In this document: in pieces, positions 1 to 11,528 of the stretch | Layout: each line of letters begins with the position of its first letter | How positions within the stretch are numbered: position 1 is the stretch's first letter | Program-made: the position numbers and the translations under genes | Notes under the pieces: generated by a model | Database searches by the model: none | Told to the model about the DNA's origin: nothing | What the model saw: only the letters and a program-made list of their open reading frames with translations | Source: Octopus bimaculoides | Taxonomy: Eukaryota | Assembly: GCF_001194135.2 (NCBI RefSeq) | Contig: NC_068991.1 | Location: 72,448,039 to 72,512,038 of the forward strand | Direction of reading: 5' to 3' | DNA: 64,000 nt

Positions 1-160
1 CAAACATTTGCTTCACCACATACCGAAGTTCAGAAATAGCAGCTAAAAAAGCTGAGACTCCAACAGATAGCATTACTTGTAACTCAGCTTTTTTAGCTGC
101 TATTTCTGAACTTCGGTATGTGGTGAAGCAAATGTTTGCTGATCCCTTAATTATGTATAT
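1..160. mobile_element. Fold-back MITE-like element with perfect 56-bp inverted arms (1-56 / 83-138), probably extending left of the window
   Basis: caaacatttgcttcaccacataccgaagttcagaaatagcagctaaaaaagctgag recurs as an exact reverse complement after a 26-nt spacer; ends next to (TA)n. Confidence 0.75.
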
Positions 161-719
161 ATATATATATATATATTACGTATAAATTTGATGGGAAAAT
201 TAAAAATGGGAAATGTCTTTTGACAAGATTTTACATGGAAACATGGGGATGACAACAGCAGTTAGACATTACAGAACGAGTTGGTAAAACAGACAGAGTA
301 AAGTGTAAATAGAATACAGTATTAACAGAAATAAAACAAAACAAGAAACAAAAGAAACAGCTTCCCTTCATTAGATGTCAAGTAAACATCTTGTGTGGTT
401 TCAAACACCTGCTGACACGATCGCTATGTTTATCATTACATATTACTAATAAATTAAAACTCTATGTCCACATGTTACGTAAATGTATCTTTGTCTACAT
501 GCAATATATACACACACATATACACATATCTGTTGATAATGTCAATAACAGATATTTAAGATTCTTCTCATGTGTGTCATCTCTCTAATATGTATTTTCC
601 AACATAGATGCCATTTCACATGATATATTTACAAATCTTGCTTTTGTTTTCCTTTATTTGCAATTTTAGATTTAAAAGCTTTCCATGCTTACAATTTTAT
701 AGTTTATATAAACCTACAT

Positions 720-850
720 TTGACATGAACTTGCTGTAAACAAACTTACAGTTGATATAAACTTGCTATTTGTATCATATATACTTACAGTTGATATAAA
801 CTTACAGTATATACATGAACTTAGAGCAGATATAAATTACAGATGATTTC
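720..850. repeat. Degenerate minisatellite with an ~18-bp unit (acttacagttgatataa-like)
   Basis: Repeated acttacagttgatataaactt / catgaactt units. Confidence 0.6.
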
Positions 851-951
851 CCAAATGGAAACACAACCTCGGAAAATATTGTTTTAATATAAAGCTAGGG
901 AGATAACTCAATATAATATGGAATAATTTTCATATCGAAGAAGAAAAAGGG

Positions 952-1128
952 TTAACCTTTTACCATTCCCATTATTCTGAGAAATGTAATGTTTGCTTAT
1001 TCGCATTGTTTTGAATTAATCAAGCATTATCTTGTAGCTTTGCAATTTTGATGAGTTAACTGTTAATTTTTAGAATGATAACGTAGGGTTGGTGTGAGAG
1101 GCCAGATCTGGCCAGCTTGAACTTAAAA
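952..1128 (+). mobile_element. piggyBac-like TTAA MITE, truncated by an RTE-tail insertion
   Basis: Starts ttaacc(c)ttt and aligns by eye with the 21906-22133 copy up to ...acttaaaaca. Confidence 0.7.
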
Positions 1129-1290
1129 CATCATCATCATCATCATCGTTTAACGTCTGCGTTCCATGCTGGCATAGGTTGGATGGTTTGACTTGGGACT
1201 GGTGAGCCAGATGGCTGTACCAGGCTCCAATCTGATCTGGCAGAGTTTCTACAGCTGGATGCAGTCTCTCCCCCTCGTCCACTTTCATAT
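1129..1290 (-). mobile_element. RTE-LINE-type 3' end or derived SINE with a (GAT)n tail (family A)
   Basis: (CAT)n-cgtttaacgtc...ccatgctggcataggttggatgg, shared with many copies in the window. Confidence 0.75.
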
Positions 1291-1470
1291 CCCATGATTG
1301 GGACCCATAAAGCATGTGTGTGTGTGTATAAATATATATATATATATATCATACATATATATGTGTGTGTGTGTGTGTATACATACACATGTATGTGTAT
1401 ATGTATATATACATACACATGTATGTATGTATGTATATATATATTTTTGCCTTTAGGTTGTAAAATTGTA

Positions 1471-1662
1471 AATTAGCCACCCATATTCTTTTCTACTCTA
1501 GGCACAAGGCCCTAAATTTTGGGGGAGGGTACAAGTCGATTAGAACAACCCCAGTATGCAACTGGTACTTAGTTTATCGACCCCAAAAGGATGAAAGGCA
1601 AAGTCGACCTCAGCAGAATTTGAACTCAGAATGTGCTAACCATTCTGCCTGCTTGCCACCTT
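1471..1662 (-). mobile_element. tRNA-derived SINE (family C)
   Basis: Reverse complement of the gagttcaaattc B-box plus the ctttcatcctttcggggtcgataaa core; a second copy begins at 1663 just before a gap. Confidence 0.75.
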
Positions 1663-3185
1663 AATTAGCCACCCATATTCTTTTCTACTCTAGGCANNNN
1701 NNNNNNATATATATATATATATAATTAGCCATCTGTATTATATATATAGATATATATACTATGCACTTCTTATTATCAGGTAATTCAATGGTGTGTACTT
1801 GGTGTGTATTCATTGTGGCACCCATTAGAGAAAGTGAAGAAAGTGTTTTCTCAGACTTAAAAACATTTTTTACACTTTATTGATTTTTGTATTTTAGCGT
1901 ATCTGGTCGCCTAGGTAAAAATTATACGTGCCACACGTCTGTCTGTCTCTCATAAAAAAAAAAAATGTAATTTGAAGTTGAAAAAAAAGGGAAAATAGAT
2001 GAAAGTACTGATGCTAGGTAAATGTGTATGGAGAAAGAGTGAGTGGAGGGAGGAGGATGGAAGTAAAATTTTTGATTGAATTTTGTTTGAATAGATGCAT
2101 TTTTCAATGTAATTATTTAGCGCTGAGATAACTTTTCTTTAATCAGATTGGTTGTGGATAAAAATGCATGGTATAGAAAAGTAAAGGTAAATTTGCATTG
2201 TTATTGGAGAATAAATTCGTTTGAAGCTCATATATTTATTTATTAGATATTAACAATATATTATCTTTTGCTTCTTCTGATAGACTTGCACAATTTACCA
2301 AGAAAACATCAAACTACAATCTGAAATGATTTAAACATGGCAATCTTTTCTGAATAATATACGCAGTTTTCTTTCATGTTTTTCGGATATAAATGGTTAA
2401 AGAGAAATTAAGACATTTCTTTGCTTTTTCTTTTTTTTTTTTGTTTTGAAGATTATTGGTTTACCGAATTTGCTGGCATATAAGACAGTCTTTTTTTTTG
2501 TTTTTTGTTTTTAAACGTATCAAAAAATTTTCTTGTATCTAATGCAGTCTTATTATAGATAGAAAGCTGAGTGTCCTAGGCTAGGGAGCTGATAGGCACA
2601 ATAATTGTTACTAACAATAAGATATTGAAAACAAGCCAAAATATCACAGTCTGTTAACACAAACTTATGAAAGATTACTTGTGGTATGTTGGCAGTTATG
2701 TGGAGAGGTCACATTTATCTCATTATTCTTTGTTCCTCACCACACATAACTCACACTTGATATGTGTCTTACATTATTTAATGACTGCGTTACATTTAAG
2801 AAACATCTTCCTAATTATCTAAATGAAAAATTCTCTTAGAAAGCTGAAAGGTATATCAACACACTTCCATCCACCTGTCAGCTATTTGCAGTGAATGGAT
2901 GAAAACGAAACCATGTTGTTGGGTATGCCGCCTTCATGGATGATTGTGGTAACACAAAACAGCACAACCCAAAATAAGAGTTTTATATTCGTGTATGGCA
3001 TTTCCCTTGACCAAAATGTAAACAACTATACGGTTGATTTGAAAAAAAAAAGTTGAAATGCAGTTCACCTTCTGTGTCCTAGTTTATTTATTGATAAATT
3101 CATCTTTGCATACTTCATTCCCGTATACTGTCAGAGTATCATATCTACATGCACGGGCCTGGCTTTCTTATTAGTTATGGTGATG

Positions 3186-3478
3186 AGGGTCGAGTTGATG
3201 TGATCAATGGAACAACCTGCTTGTGAAATTAACATGCAAGTGGCTGAGTACACCACAGACATGTGTACCCTTAACGTAGTTCTCAGGGAGATTCAACATG
3301 ACACAGATTGTGACAAGGCTGGCCCTTTGAATTTCAGGTACAACTCATTTTTGCCATGGAGCAATGAGAAATAAAGTGTTTTGCTCAAGGGCAGAACACG
3401 CTGCCAGGAATTGAACTCATGACCTTGCGATCATAAACCAAATACCCTAACCACTGAGCTACACACTTTCACACATGC
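3186..3478 (-). mobile_element. tRNA-derived SINE with a CORE-like segment (family H)
   Basis: On the minus strand: tcagtggttagggtatttggt A-box-like, gagttcaattcc B-box, then ccttgagcaaaacactttatt. Confidence 0.75.
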
Positions 3479-3840
3479 ACAGAATCACACACCTTCCCCT
3501 ACAAACGATGAAACATTAAATTTAAAAAAATTTTTTTTCCCCCCACAAAAATACACTTGTAAAATAGGGGTGCGTCTTATACATGAGTGCATCATATACA
3601 CTGGTAAATGTGACTTTTGTAAAACTTCATGCAGAAACCCCTAACACCCATCACCAAAATTCTTAAAGGAGACACATTTTCTTTTAAAGCTGTTTGTTTT
3701 CTGTGTTGAACATATATTTCATACCTTGGAACAGGTAAATTATCCTTAGTTGTTGCCACAATGTTTCCAGTTGTTATATCCATGTGATAACTAAACGTTT
3801 AATTTTCTTATGATTCTTTTAAATTTGCCGCTGCTCACAG

Positions 3841-3874
3841 GTCTCCTCACTATGCTTGTCCAGAGGTCATTCGG
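3841..3874 (+). CDS. BRSK2: BRSK/SAD-1 family kinase internal exon (34 nt), (G)SPHYACPEVIR: activation segment / APE-equivalent CPE motif
   Basis: ...ctgctcacag|GTCTCCTCACTATGCTTGTCCAGAGGTCATTCGG|gtaaga. The peptide matches my recollection of vertebrate BRSK1/2 (SPHYACPEVIR). Ends in phase 0, in frame with the next exon. Probably a single co-orthologue of BRSK1 and BRSK2. Confidence 0.95.
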
Positions 3875-4109
3875 GTAAGACCGCTGTTAAACATTTCTGT
3901 GTTGTCAATATATATTTAACTGCTTTTCAAATAAAAATAATATCTTGGTGTAACCTTCCTGCATGATCAATGTGGTAATCTTCATTTATTTATTTTTATT
4001 TTTTGTCATGCTAGTTATATCAATCTCACGGCTGCTTTTTCTCTTCTTTATTCTTTAATTGATGTCTGCTCACTTTCAGAAATTTTAATTAATACAAGAT
4101 ATATATAAT

Positions 4110-4436
4110 TACCGTATTTGATGGCCTATAAGACACACAAGTGCATAGGATGCATTCTAGCTTAGGCTGTACTTTTGTAAAATAATGTTTTAATTCCTCC
4201 ACTTACTTATATAACTTTATGTTATTACCAGTAATTATAAGCAATTTATTGCATCCACATTCGATATAAACAAACCATAGGTAATTATTCACCAATAGAT
4301 GGCAGCACATGTTTTGTAACCATACATACCATTTTGAGTGAGTTTTGAACCTACATTGAATGAATTGGATGCAGGGGGATTTTTAAAGCCATTTTTGGGT
4401 AAAAAAGGTGTATCTTTTAGGCCATCAAATTCAATA
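4110..4436 (+). mobile_element. Tc1/mariner (pogo/Tc2-like) MITE (family G)
   Basis: Imperfect TIRs taccgtatttgatggcctataagacac ... gtgtatcttttaggccatcaaattcaata; a second copy lies inverted at 41147-41455. Confidence 0.75.
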
Positions 4437-4444
4437 TATATTAT

Positions 4445-4480
<36 letters not shown>

Positions 4481-5083
4481 TACACACACACATACATGTT
4501 CATATCATTATATAGATATATATGTGTGTGTGTGTGTGTGTGTATATATTATTTATTATATATATGTTAATTATATAAAGAAAATGAAAAAATTTATCTA
4601 AGACCATCAATAAATGCTAATGAATTGTTTCTACTTTATTTAGATTTTGCTTCCTATTTTTGTCTTTACTGAAGAAAACAAACAAGCTTAAATTTCTCAG
4701 CCAAGGGAATAAATTTGTGAAGGGTTTTTAATAACATTTTATTTAGTAAAGTTTTATATAAAAATCTTGACATGATGATCTAAAAACGAAAATGCCCCAT
4801 AATCACTGATAAAATTGTCAAACATGATGGAAGCATTCAATTTCATGTAGCATATCAAGGGTGAGTTGTCCTTGTGATTGAAGAAAATGTGTATGGGCAC
4901 ATGGATATGTTGTTTCTACATAATACCCTCGTGTCTGTGCAGATGTGTGTGGATATGCGTATATGTTTGTGCTTGTTCTGTTTTGCTATGTGTAACTATA
5001 AAATCTGTGAGTATGTGCATACCTTCTCATATACACAGACGCATGCAGTTACACACACACACACACACAGAGACACACACACA

Positions 5084-5131
<48 letters not shown>

Positions 5132-5400
5132 CACACACACACACTTCTATAATTGCTGCATTCATAACTAAAACAACGATAACAGCATAGAAATTATGTT
5201 TTATAAAGATGACCACATTAATGACCATTGAAAACTATTAAACAAGTCAAGTTGTTTTGAGGACCATCCTTGTTGAGGAGATTACTAGATGAGGTTGTCT
5301 CCATAGCAACTGGCATTTAGAGTTTTTTTTTGTTTTTTTTTTTATATTGGAGAGAACCTAGTTTTTGGGTCTGTGTGTGTTTGTGCAAGTGCGTGCATGG

Positions 5401-5447
<47 letters not shown>

Positions 5448-5589
5448 ATAATGACCTCTACCTCAGAAGTATAAATTAGCAACCAGAGGGACCTTCTAAC
5501 TAAAATGGAATGATGTTAGAGGCTGTTTCTATTTGGATCGACCATTTCTATTCCAAATGTCTGGACTTGAAAATGACCATGCTGATGAG

Positions 5590-5724
5590 TCTGACTCATG
5601 CAAGCATGGAAAAGTGGACATTAAAACGATGGTGGCAGCAGTGGTGGTGGTGGTGGTGGTGGTGGCAGTGCTGCTGCTGATGGTGGTGGTGGTGGTGGTG
5701 GTGATGATGATGATGATGATGATG
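5590..5724 (+). mobile_element. Family A 3' end with a (GGT)n/(GAT)n tail
   Basis: catgcaagcatggaaaagtggacattaaaacgatg followed by a trinucleotide tail. Confidence 0.65.
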
Positions 5725-6044
5725 TCACTTAAAGTGTCATCCCATAAACATATCCAACTAGACAGAAAAAGAAGTACTTGTTGGTGAGATTAGAGTTGCA
5801 AAAGCTATACACTTTATATTGTTCAAAGCACTTAGCTTAGTGGTTAGAGTGCTTGGGCTCACAATCAGAAAGTCAGGGGTTCAATTCCTGAACTCAGCAA
5901 TGCATTTCACATTGCTTCAACCTGCTCACCTGTAAACATGTTTCAGCTGGGTGCCACTGTGTCTCTCTGTCTTAATGCTTATGCATTTTTTTCTATGTCT
6001 GTTGTCATATATATATATATATCTATATCTATAAAGACCCCTTT

Positions 6045-6336
6045 CAGTCATGAATGACCATGGGATTGCACCTAGAAGGTTCTCTTCTGAAGACCAGCAG
6101 TCTTCCATGCAGACCAGCCTCTCCTCTCCACACCACTGATGTTATCCAAGTAAAAGGCAAAGACTGATAAAACTTGGCACCAGTGATGCTGCAACTCGTT
6201 TCCACAGATGAGTGAACTGGAGCCATGTAAAATAAAGTGTCTTGCTTAAGAACACAACACACAGGCCGGTCTGGGAATCAAACTCACTACCTCATGACTG
6301 TGAACCGGATGCTCTAACCACTTAGCCATGTGCCTT
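6045..6336 (-). mobile_element. Family H SINE, long variant
   Basis: aaataaagtgtcttgcttaagaacacaac...ggaatcaaactc...ctaaccacttagccatg; body shared with 57505-57695. Confidence 0.7.
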
Positions 6337-6651
6337 CATATATGTATATATATGTATATATATGTATATATATGCATTTGTTTATGATGTATTCATGTGC
6401 ATGTATGGATGTAAATGTGTGTGTATGTGTTTACCCATTGTTTCCAATTTTCCTTAAAAACATGTCTGGTCATAGGGAGTTATTACCTTGCTATGGAAAC
6501 AAGGGATGGCAACAGGATGGTCATCCTGCTGTTGAAAATCTGCATCAACAGATTCTGTCTGACCACTGCAAGCATGGAAGAGTGTATGTTAAAATGCTGA
6601 TGATGATGATTAAATATGTGTGTGTGTGTGTGTGTAGTTCTATATTTATAT

Positions 6652-6820
6652 GAAAGGATGAAAGACAAAGTTGCCGAGGTCGACTGCCTTTCATCCTTTC
6701 AGGGTCGATTAAATAAGTACCAGTTATGCACTGGGGTCGATGTAATTGACTTAATCCCTTTGTCTGTCCTTGTTTGTCCCCTCTGTGTTTAGCCCCTTGT
6801 GGGCAATAAAGAAATAAATA
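6652..6820 (+). mobile_element. Family C SINE 3' part with a short inverted fragment at its 5' side
   Basis: gcctttcatcctttcagggtcgattaaataagtaccagtt...gccccttgtgggcaataaagaaata. Confidence 0.7.
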
Positions 6821-6900
6821 TATTTATTTATACATAGTAATATTTTAGGGTTCTTACATTTGTATATTTTAATTATATAAACATTATGTCATTACCATTT

Positions 6901-7340
6901 CATCATCATCATCATCATCGTTTAATGTCCATTTTCCATGCTGGCATGGGTTGGACGGTTCGACTGGGGTCTGGGAAGCCAGGAGGCTGCACCAGGCTCC
7001 AGTCTGATCTGGCAGTGTTTCTCCAGCTGGATGCCATTCCTACACCAACCACTCCGAGAGTGTAGTGGATGCTTTTTACATGCCACTAGCACAGGGGCCA
7101 GAGGAGGCTGGCAACAACCATGATCGGTTGGTGTTTTTTACGTGCCACCTGCACGGGGATCACAACTGCAATTTCCTTTTGATTTTGATGTTGATGTATT
7201 TGACTCAATATGTCTCCTCAAGCACAGCATGTCGCCCTATGATCCAAGGTACTTTTGAGTGGGCTGGGGCTGGTTATGCGACACTGGTGTAGGTTACAGC
7301 TGTGAACTCACTTTATTTACCGGGTCTTTGCAGTCACAGC
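6901..7340 (-). mobile_element. Family A RTE-type 3' UTR, long copy
   Basis: (CAT)n-cgtttaatgtccattttccatgctggcatgggttggacgg...; matches 34800-34990 and 40275-40581. Confidence 0.8.
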
Positions 7341-7834
7341 ATAAAATTCTATATCTATCTTTTCTTTCATTTTGTATATCTTTGATCTTAATGAGACTTT
7401 GGTTTTGAATACTCCTCTGACCCATACATACATTCACATTGATCTGTTTGCCTTATGTATATATTTTACTGATTCCTTTTTATACATCTAATATTTTCTT
7501 TCCCCTCTTTGTTGCATCATTCTGTTTCACCAACTAGCCCCCCCACCAAAAAAAAAACTTTTCCTTATAATTATCTTAACTTTTCTATCCATAATATAAA
7601 GCTAATACAGTATCTAACAGTAATTACTTATTCAAGCATTAGACATACCTGACTGTTAGGCATAATTTTACACTTTACCCATACTAATTTCATAAACACT
7701 CAACCCTCTCTGCAGTGCTCCAGCAAGGCCACAACCTCTGGCTAGAACCAATAATAGAATAATCGAAAGCAACTGTATTATGAAATTTCACACCTTATTG
7801 ATTAATATTATTAACGAGTAAAACAGTGTGCTGG

Positions 7835-8275
7835 GAGAATTGTAAGAGCATTGGGTAAAACTGCTTCGTGGTATTTCCTCTGACTCTTTATGTTCTGAGT
7901 TCAAATCACACCAAGGTCAACTATTGCATTTGATCCTTTCAAGGCCGATAAAATAAAGTACCAGTCAAACACTGGTGTTGATATGATTGATTTGTCCCCC
8001 CCCCCCACCAAATCGCTGCCCTTGTGCCAAAATTAGAAAGAATCATTGGCTACAGACATACAGTTGTGAACTGGCAAAGTTGTTAGTGTGTTCGACAATA
8101 ATGCTTAGTGGTATTTCTTCTGACTCTTTATGCTCTGAGTTCAAATCTTGCCAAAGCTCACTTTGCTTTGCGTCCTTTCTGTGTCAATGAAATAAAGTAC
8201 CAGTTGAGTACTGGAATTGATGGTATCCGCAAACGCTCACCTGGCCTTGTGCCAAAATTAGAAACCATTATTGGC
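7835..8275 (+). mobile_element. Two tandem family C SINE copies
   Basis: gagttcaaatc B-box and taaagtaccagt core each occur twice; both copies end ccttgtgccaaaattagaaa. Confidence 0.7.
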
Positions 8276-8374
8276 TATGAACATTAGCAACCATTTGTGA
8301 ATTTATTTTCTTGGCACTGAGTGTCTCAGTTATCGGAACTTTATAATTCACAAGAAATAAATGAAGAGATATAT

Positions 8375-8766
8375 CTTTTATTCCTTTACTTGTTTCAGTC
8401 ATTTGACTTTGGCCATGCTGGAGCACTGCCATGAAGTGTTTTAGTTGAATAAATTGATCCCTGGATTTAAAAAAAAAAAAAATCCTGGTACTTATTCTAT
8501 TGGTCTCTTTTTCTGGACTGTTAAGTTACAGGGACGTAAACACACCAACACTGGTTCTCAAGCAGTAGTGGGAGGACAAAGATATAACGACACACACACA
8601 CACATACAACAGGCTTCTTTCAGTTTCCATCTACCAAATCTACTCACAAGGCTTTGGTCGGCCTGGGGCTGTAGTAGAAGACACTTGCCCAAGGTGCCAC
8701 ACAGTGGTACTGAACCTGAAACCATGTGGTTGGGAAACAAGCTTCTTACCACACAGCCATGCCTGT
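8375..8766 (-). mobile_element. CORE-type tRNA-derived SINE (family B)
   Basis: Reverse complement of the 33643-34100 element; CORE-like gtggcaccttgggcaagtgtcttctacta. Confidence 0.85.
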
Positions 8767-9154
8767 GTTTATAAATAGATAAAAATCACAGAAGCGTGAT
8801 TTTTTTTTAATAACTTTTTGCAATTACTCGTCATAACTGTTAAGAATTTCTCTCTCTCTTTCTCTCTCCCTCTCACATCGATGTACTCATAGATAGAGTT
8901 AGTGTATACTTCCTGGTTGATACATTTCAATTTGATCAGCTTGTAGATTTTATAGTTTTATTTTCATAGTTTTTTTCCCAATTTATGCACGTATTCATTT
9001 CCGTGTCATAAATATTTGCATTTTTTACCAAATTTTTACCACATAGTATTCTTTATCTTCACCTTCAAATCTTCTTTACTGATATATATGTGCATGTGTG
9101 CGTGTATGCGTGCACTCATGTTTATATATATATATCTATCTATATATATATCTA

Positions 9155-9260
<106 letters not shown>

Positions 9261-9724
9261 NNNNNNNNNNNNNNNNNNNNNNNNNNNNNNNNNNNNNNNN
9301 NNNNNNNNNNNNNNNNNNNNNNNNNNNNNNNNNNNNNNNNNNNNNNNNNNNNNNNNNNNNNNNNNNNNNNNNNNNNNNNNNNNNNNNNNNNNNNNNNNNN
9401 NNNNNNNNNNNNNNNNNNNNNNNNNNNNNNNNNNNNNNNNNNNNNNNNNNNNNNNNNNNNNNNNNNNNNNNNNNNNNNNNNNNNNNNNNNNNNNNNNNNN
9501 NNNNNNNNNNNNNNNNNNNNNNNNNNNNNNNNNNNNNNNNNNNNNNNNNNNNNNNNNNNNNNNNNNNNNNNNNNNNNNNNNNNNNNNNNNNNNNNNNNNN
9601 NNNNNNNNNNNNNNNNNNNNNNNNNNNNNNNNNNNNNNNNNNNNNNNNNNNNNNNNNNNNNNNNNNNNNNNNNNNNNNNNNNNNNNNNNNNNNNNNNNNN
9701 NNNNNNNNNNNNNNNNNNNNNNNN

Positions 9725-9768
<44 letters not shown>

Positions 9769-9769
9769 A

Positions 9770-9826
<57 letters not shown>

Positions 9827-10456
9827 ACATATATGTGTATGTAATACACACACACACATAGACACAGTAATCTTATTCAAATTCCTTCATAAACTTCAAA
9901 TCTGTAAAGAACAGATTTTGATTTTAGAAACAAACATTATATTTCCTCCGCTATCTTAACATTAGTCCATGAAATATGTCTCAGTTTGACCGACACACTT
10001 CATTCTTCGTCTTCTTGATTTCTATCTCCCTTTTCCTCTTCTAAAAAAAAATCCCAATTTTAACTGCTCAAGTACAAATGAGTTATTCCCCTTACTTAGG
10101 ATCTTTTTTTTTAGAAACCCTTGAATTTAGATATTTTTGGTGTAAGTTTGTGCTTTACACATGCATGTATGCACACATACACAATATACATACATACATA
10201 CATACATATAGATATGATACTTTATTTAAGCTGGTTCACTGGCCTGTTACCCTGGAGTTCCTATGGCATGCTGCCGTTTCTCCTAACAAGTCAGATTGGG
10301 TTGCCTGTCTTGTCTGAAGGGGTACAGGCACACTGTGGAAGCTCCAAGGTATAAAGGTCTATCTAACTAGCTGAAATAAACTTCTGCACTCAATGTTTGT
10401 ATTGAGTACTCCTCCAAATCCTTACCCAACAGCTGCACACACACACACACACACAC

Positions 10457-10517
<61 letters not shown>

Positions 10518-10566
10518 TAGATAGATAGATAGATAGAGAGATAGAGAGATAGATAGACAGACAGAC

Positions 10567-10597
<31 letters not shown>

Positions 10598-11228
10598 TAG
10601 ATAGACAGATAGATAAATGGATAGATGTAATATTTATAGCAGCTATATTCACATTTAGGCAGATAGAGGGACAGCAGGACACAGACACGCATGTACACAC
10701 ACACACTCACACACGCCCCCTCACACACATACTATGTCATTGTATATATTTCAGACATGAACGTGTGTGTGCATTCTTTTTATACATATACACTTCCAAA
10801 TTCAGGCAGACGCATTTAATAAATACTGCTTACACGATGATTATATTCAAAGCTAAGACCAAAAACGTAGTGATTCCACGTTTTTCTTTTTCCTTCTTTC
10901 TCTTATTTTCTTCTACTATTTCTATCGGTGCCTATCGAAATGGCTTGATCCATATTGCATTGTGCATTCTCTGGTCAGATGTCTGTTGGTCTTTGTGCAT
11001 TTTTTGACTGCATGATGAATGTTGTTGCACTATAATCCCAACTACTTCACTGCTTCAGTTCTATTCATGCATGGTGTATTGTGCATCTGCTCTACCTGCA
11101 GTGCTTTTTCTTATTGCTAGTGTTACCTTTAAATGTTAGTTCGGTAAATATAGTACCGTTTGATTATGTCTAAAAGAACTGTTACAGCATTATACGCCTC
11201 ACCTATTCACTTAATTATTATTATCATC

Positions 11229-11264
<36 letters not shown>

Positions 11265-11382
11265 TTGTGTGTGTATGTGAAATAAACAGAAAGATGTATT
11301 ATTGCAATCTTTACAATATGTTGGAAAATTTCAAAAATTTTTTTCACCAGTCTTTCATTCATATACAATTATTTGTAATCCT

Positions 11383-11425
<43 letters not shown>

Positions 11426-11495
11426 ACATTAACACTGTATCTTGGAAATCAATAGTTAGGGGGAATTATTATTATTATCATTATTGTCGTTGCTG

Positions 11496-11528
<33 letters not shown>

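Noticed and set aside
1663-1696. 34-bp direct repeat of 1471-1504 resembling a long TSD
   Set aside because: It is the SINE's own terminus starting a second copy at a gap edge.
4851-4860. tag|CATATCAAGG|gtgagt 10-nt exon-like segment
   Set aside because: Frame-shifting, with a modest acceptor and no supporting motifs.
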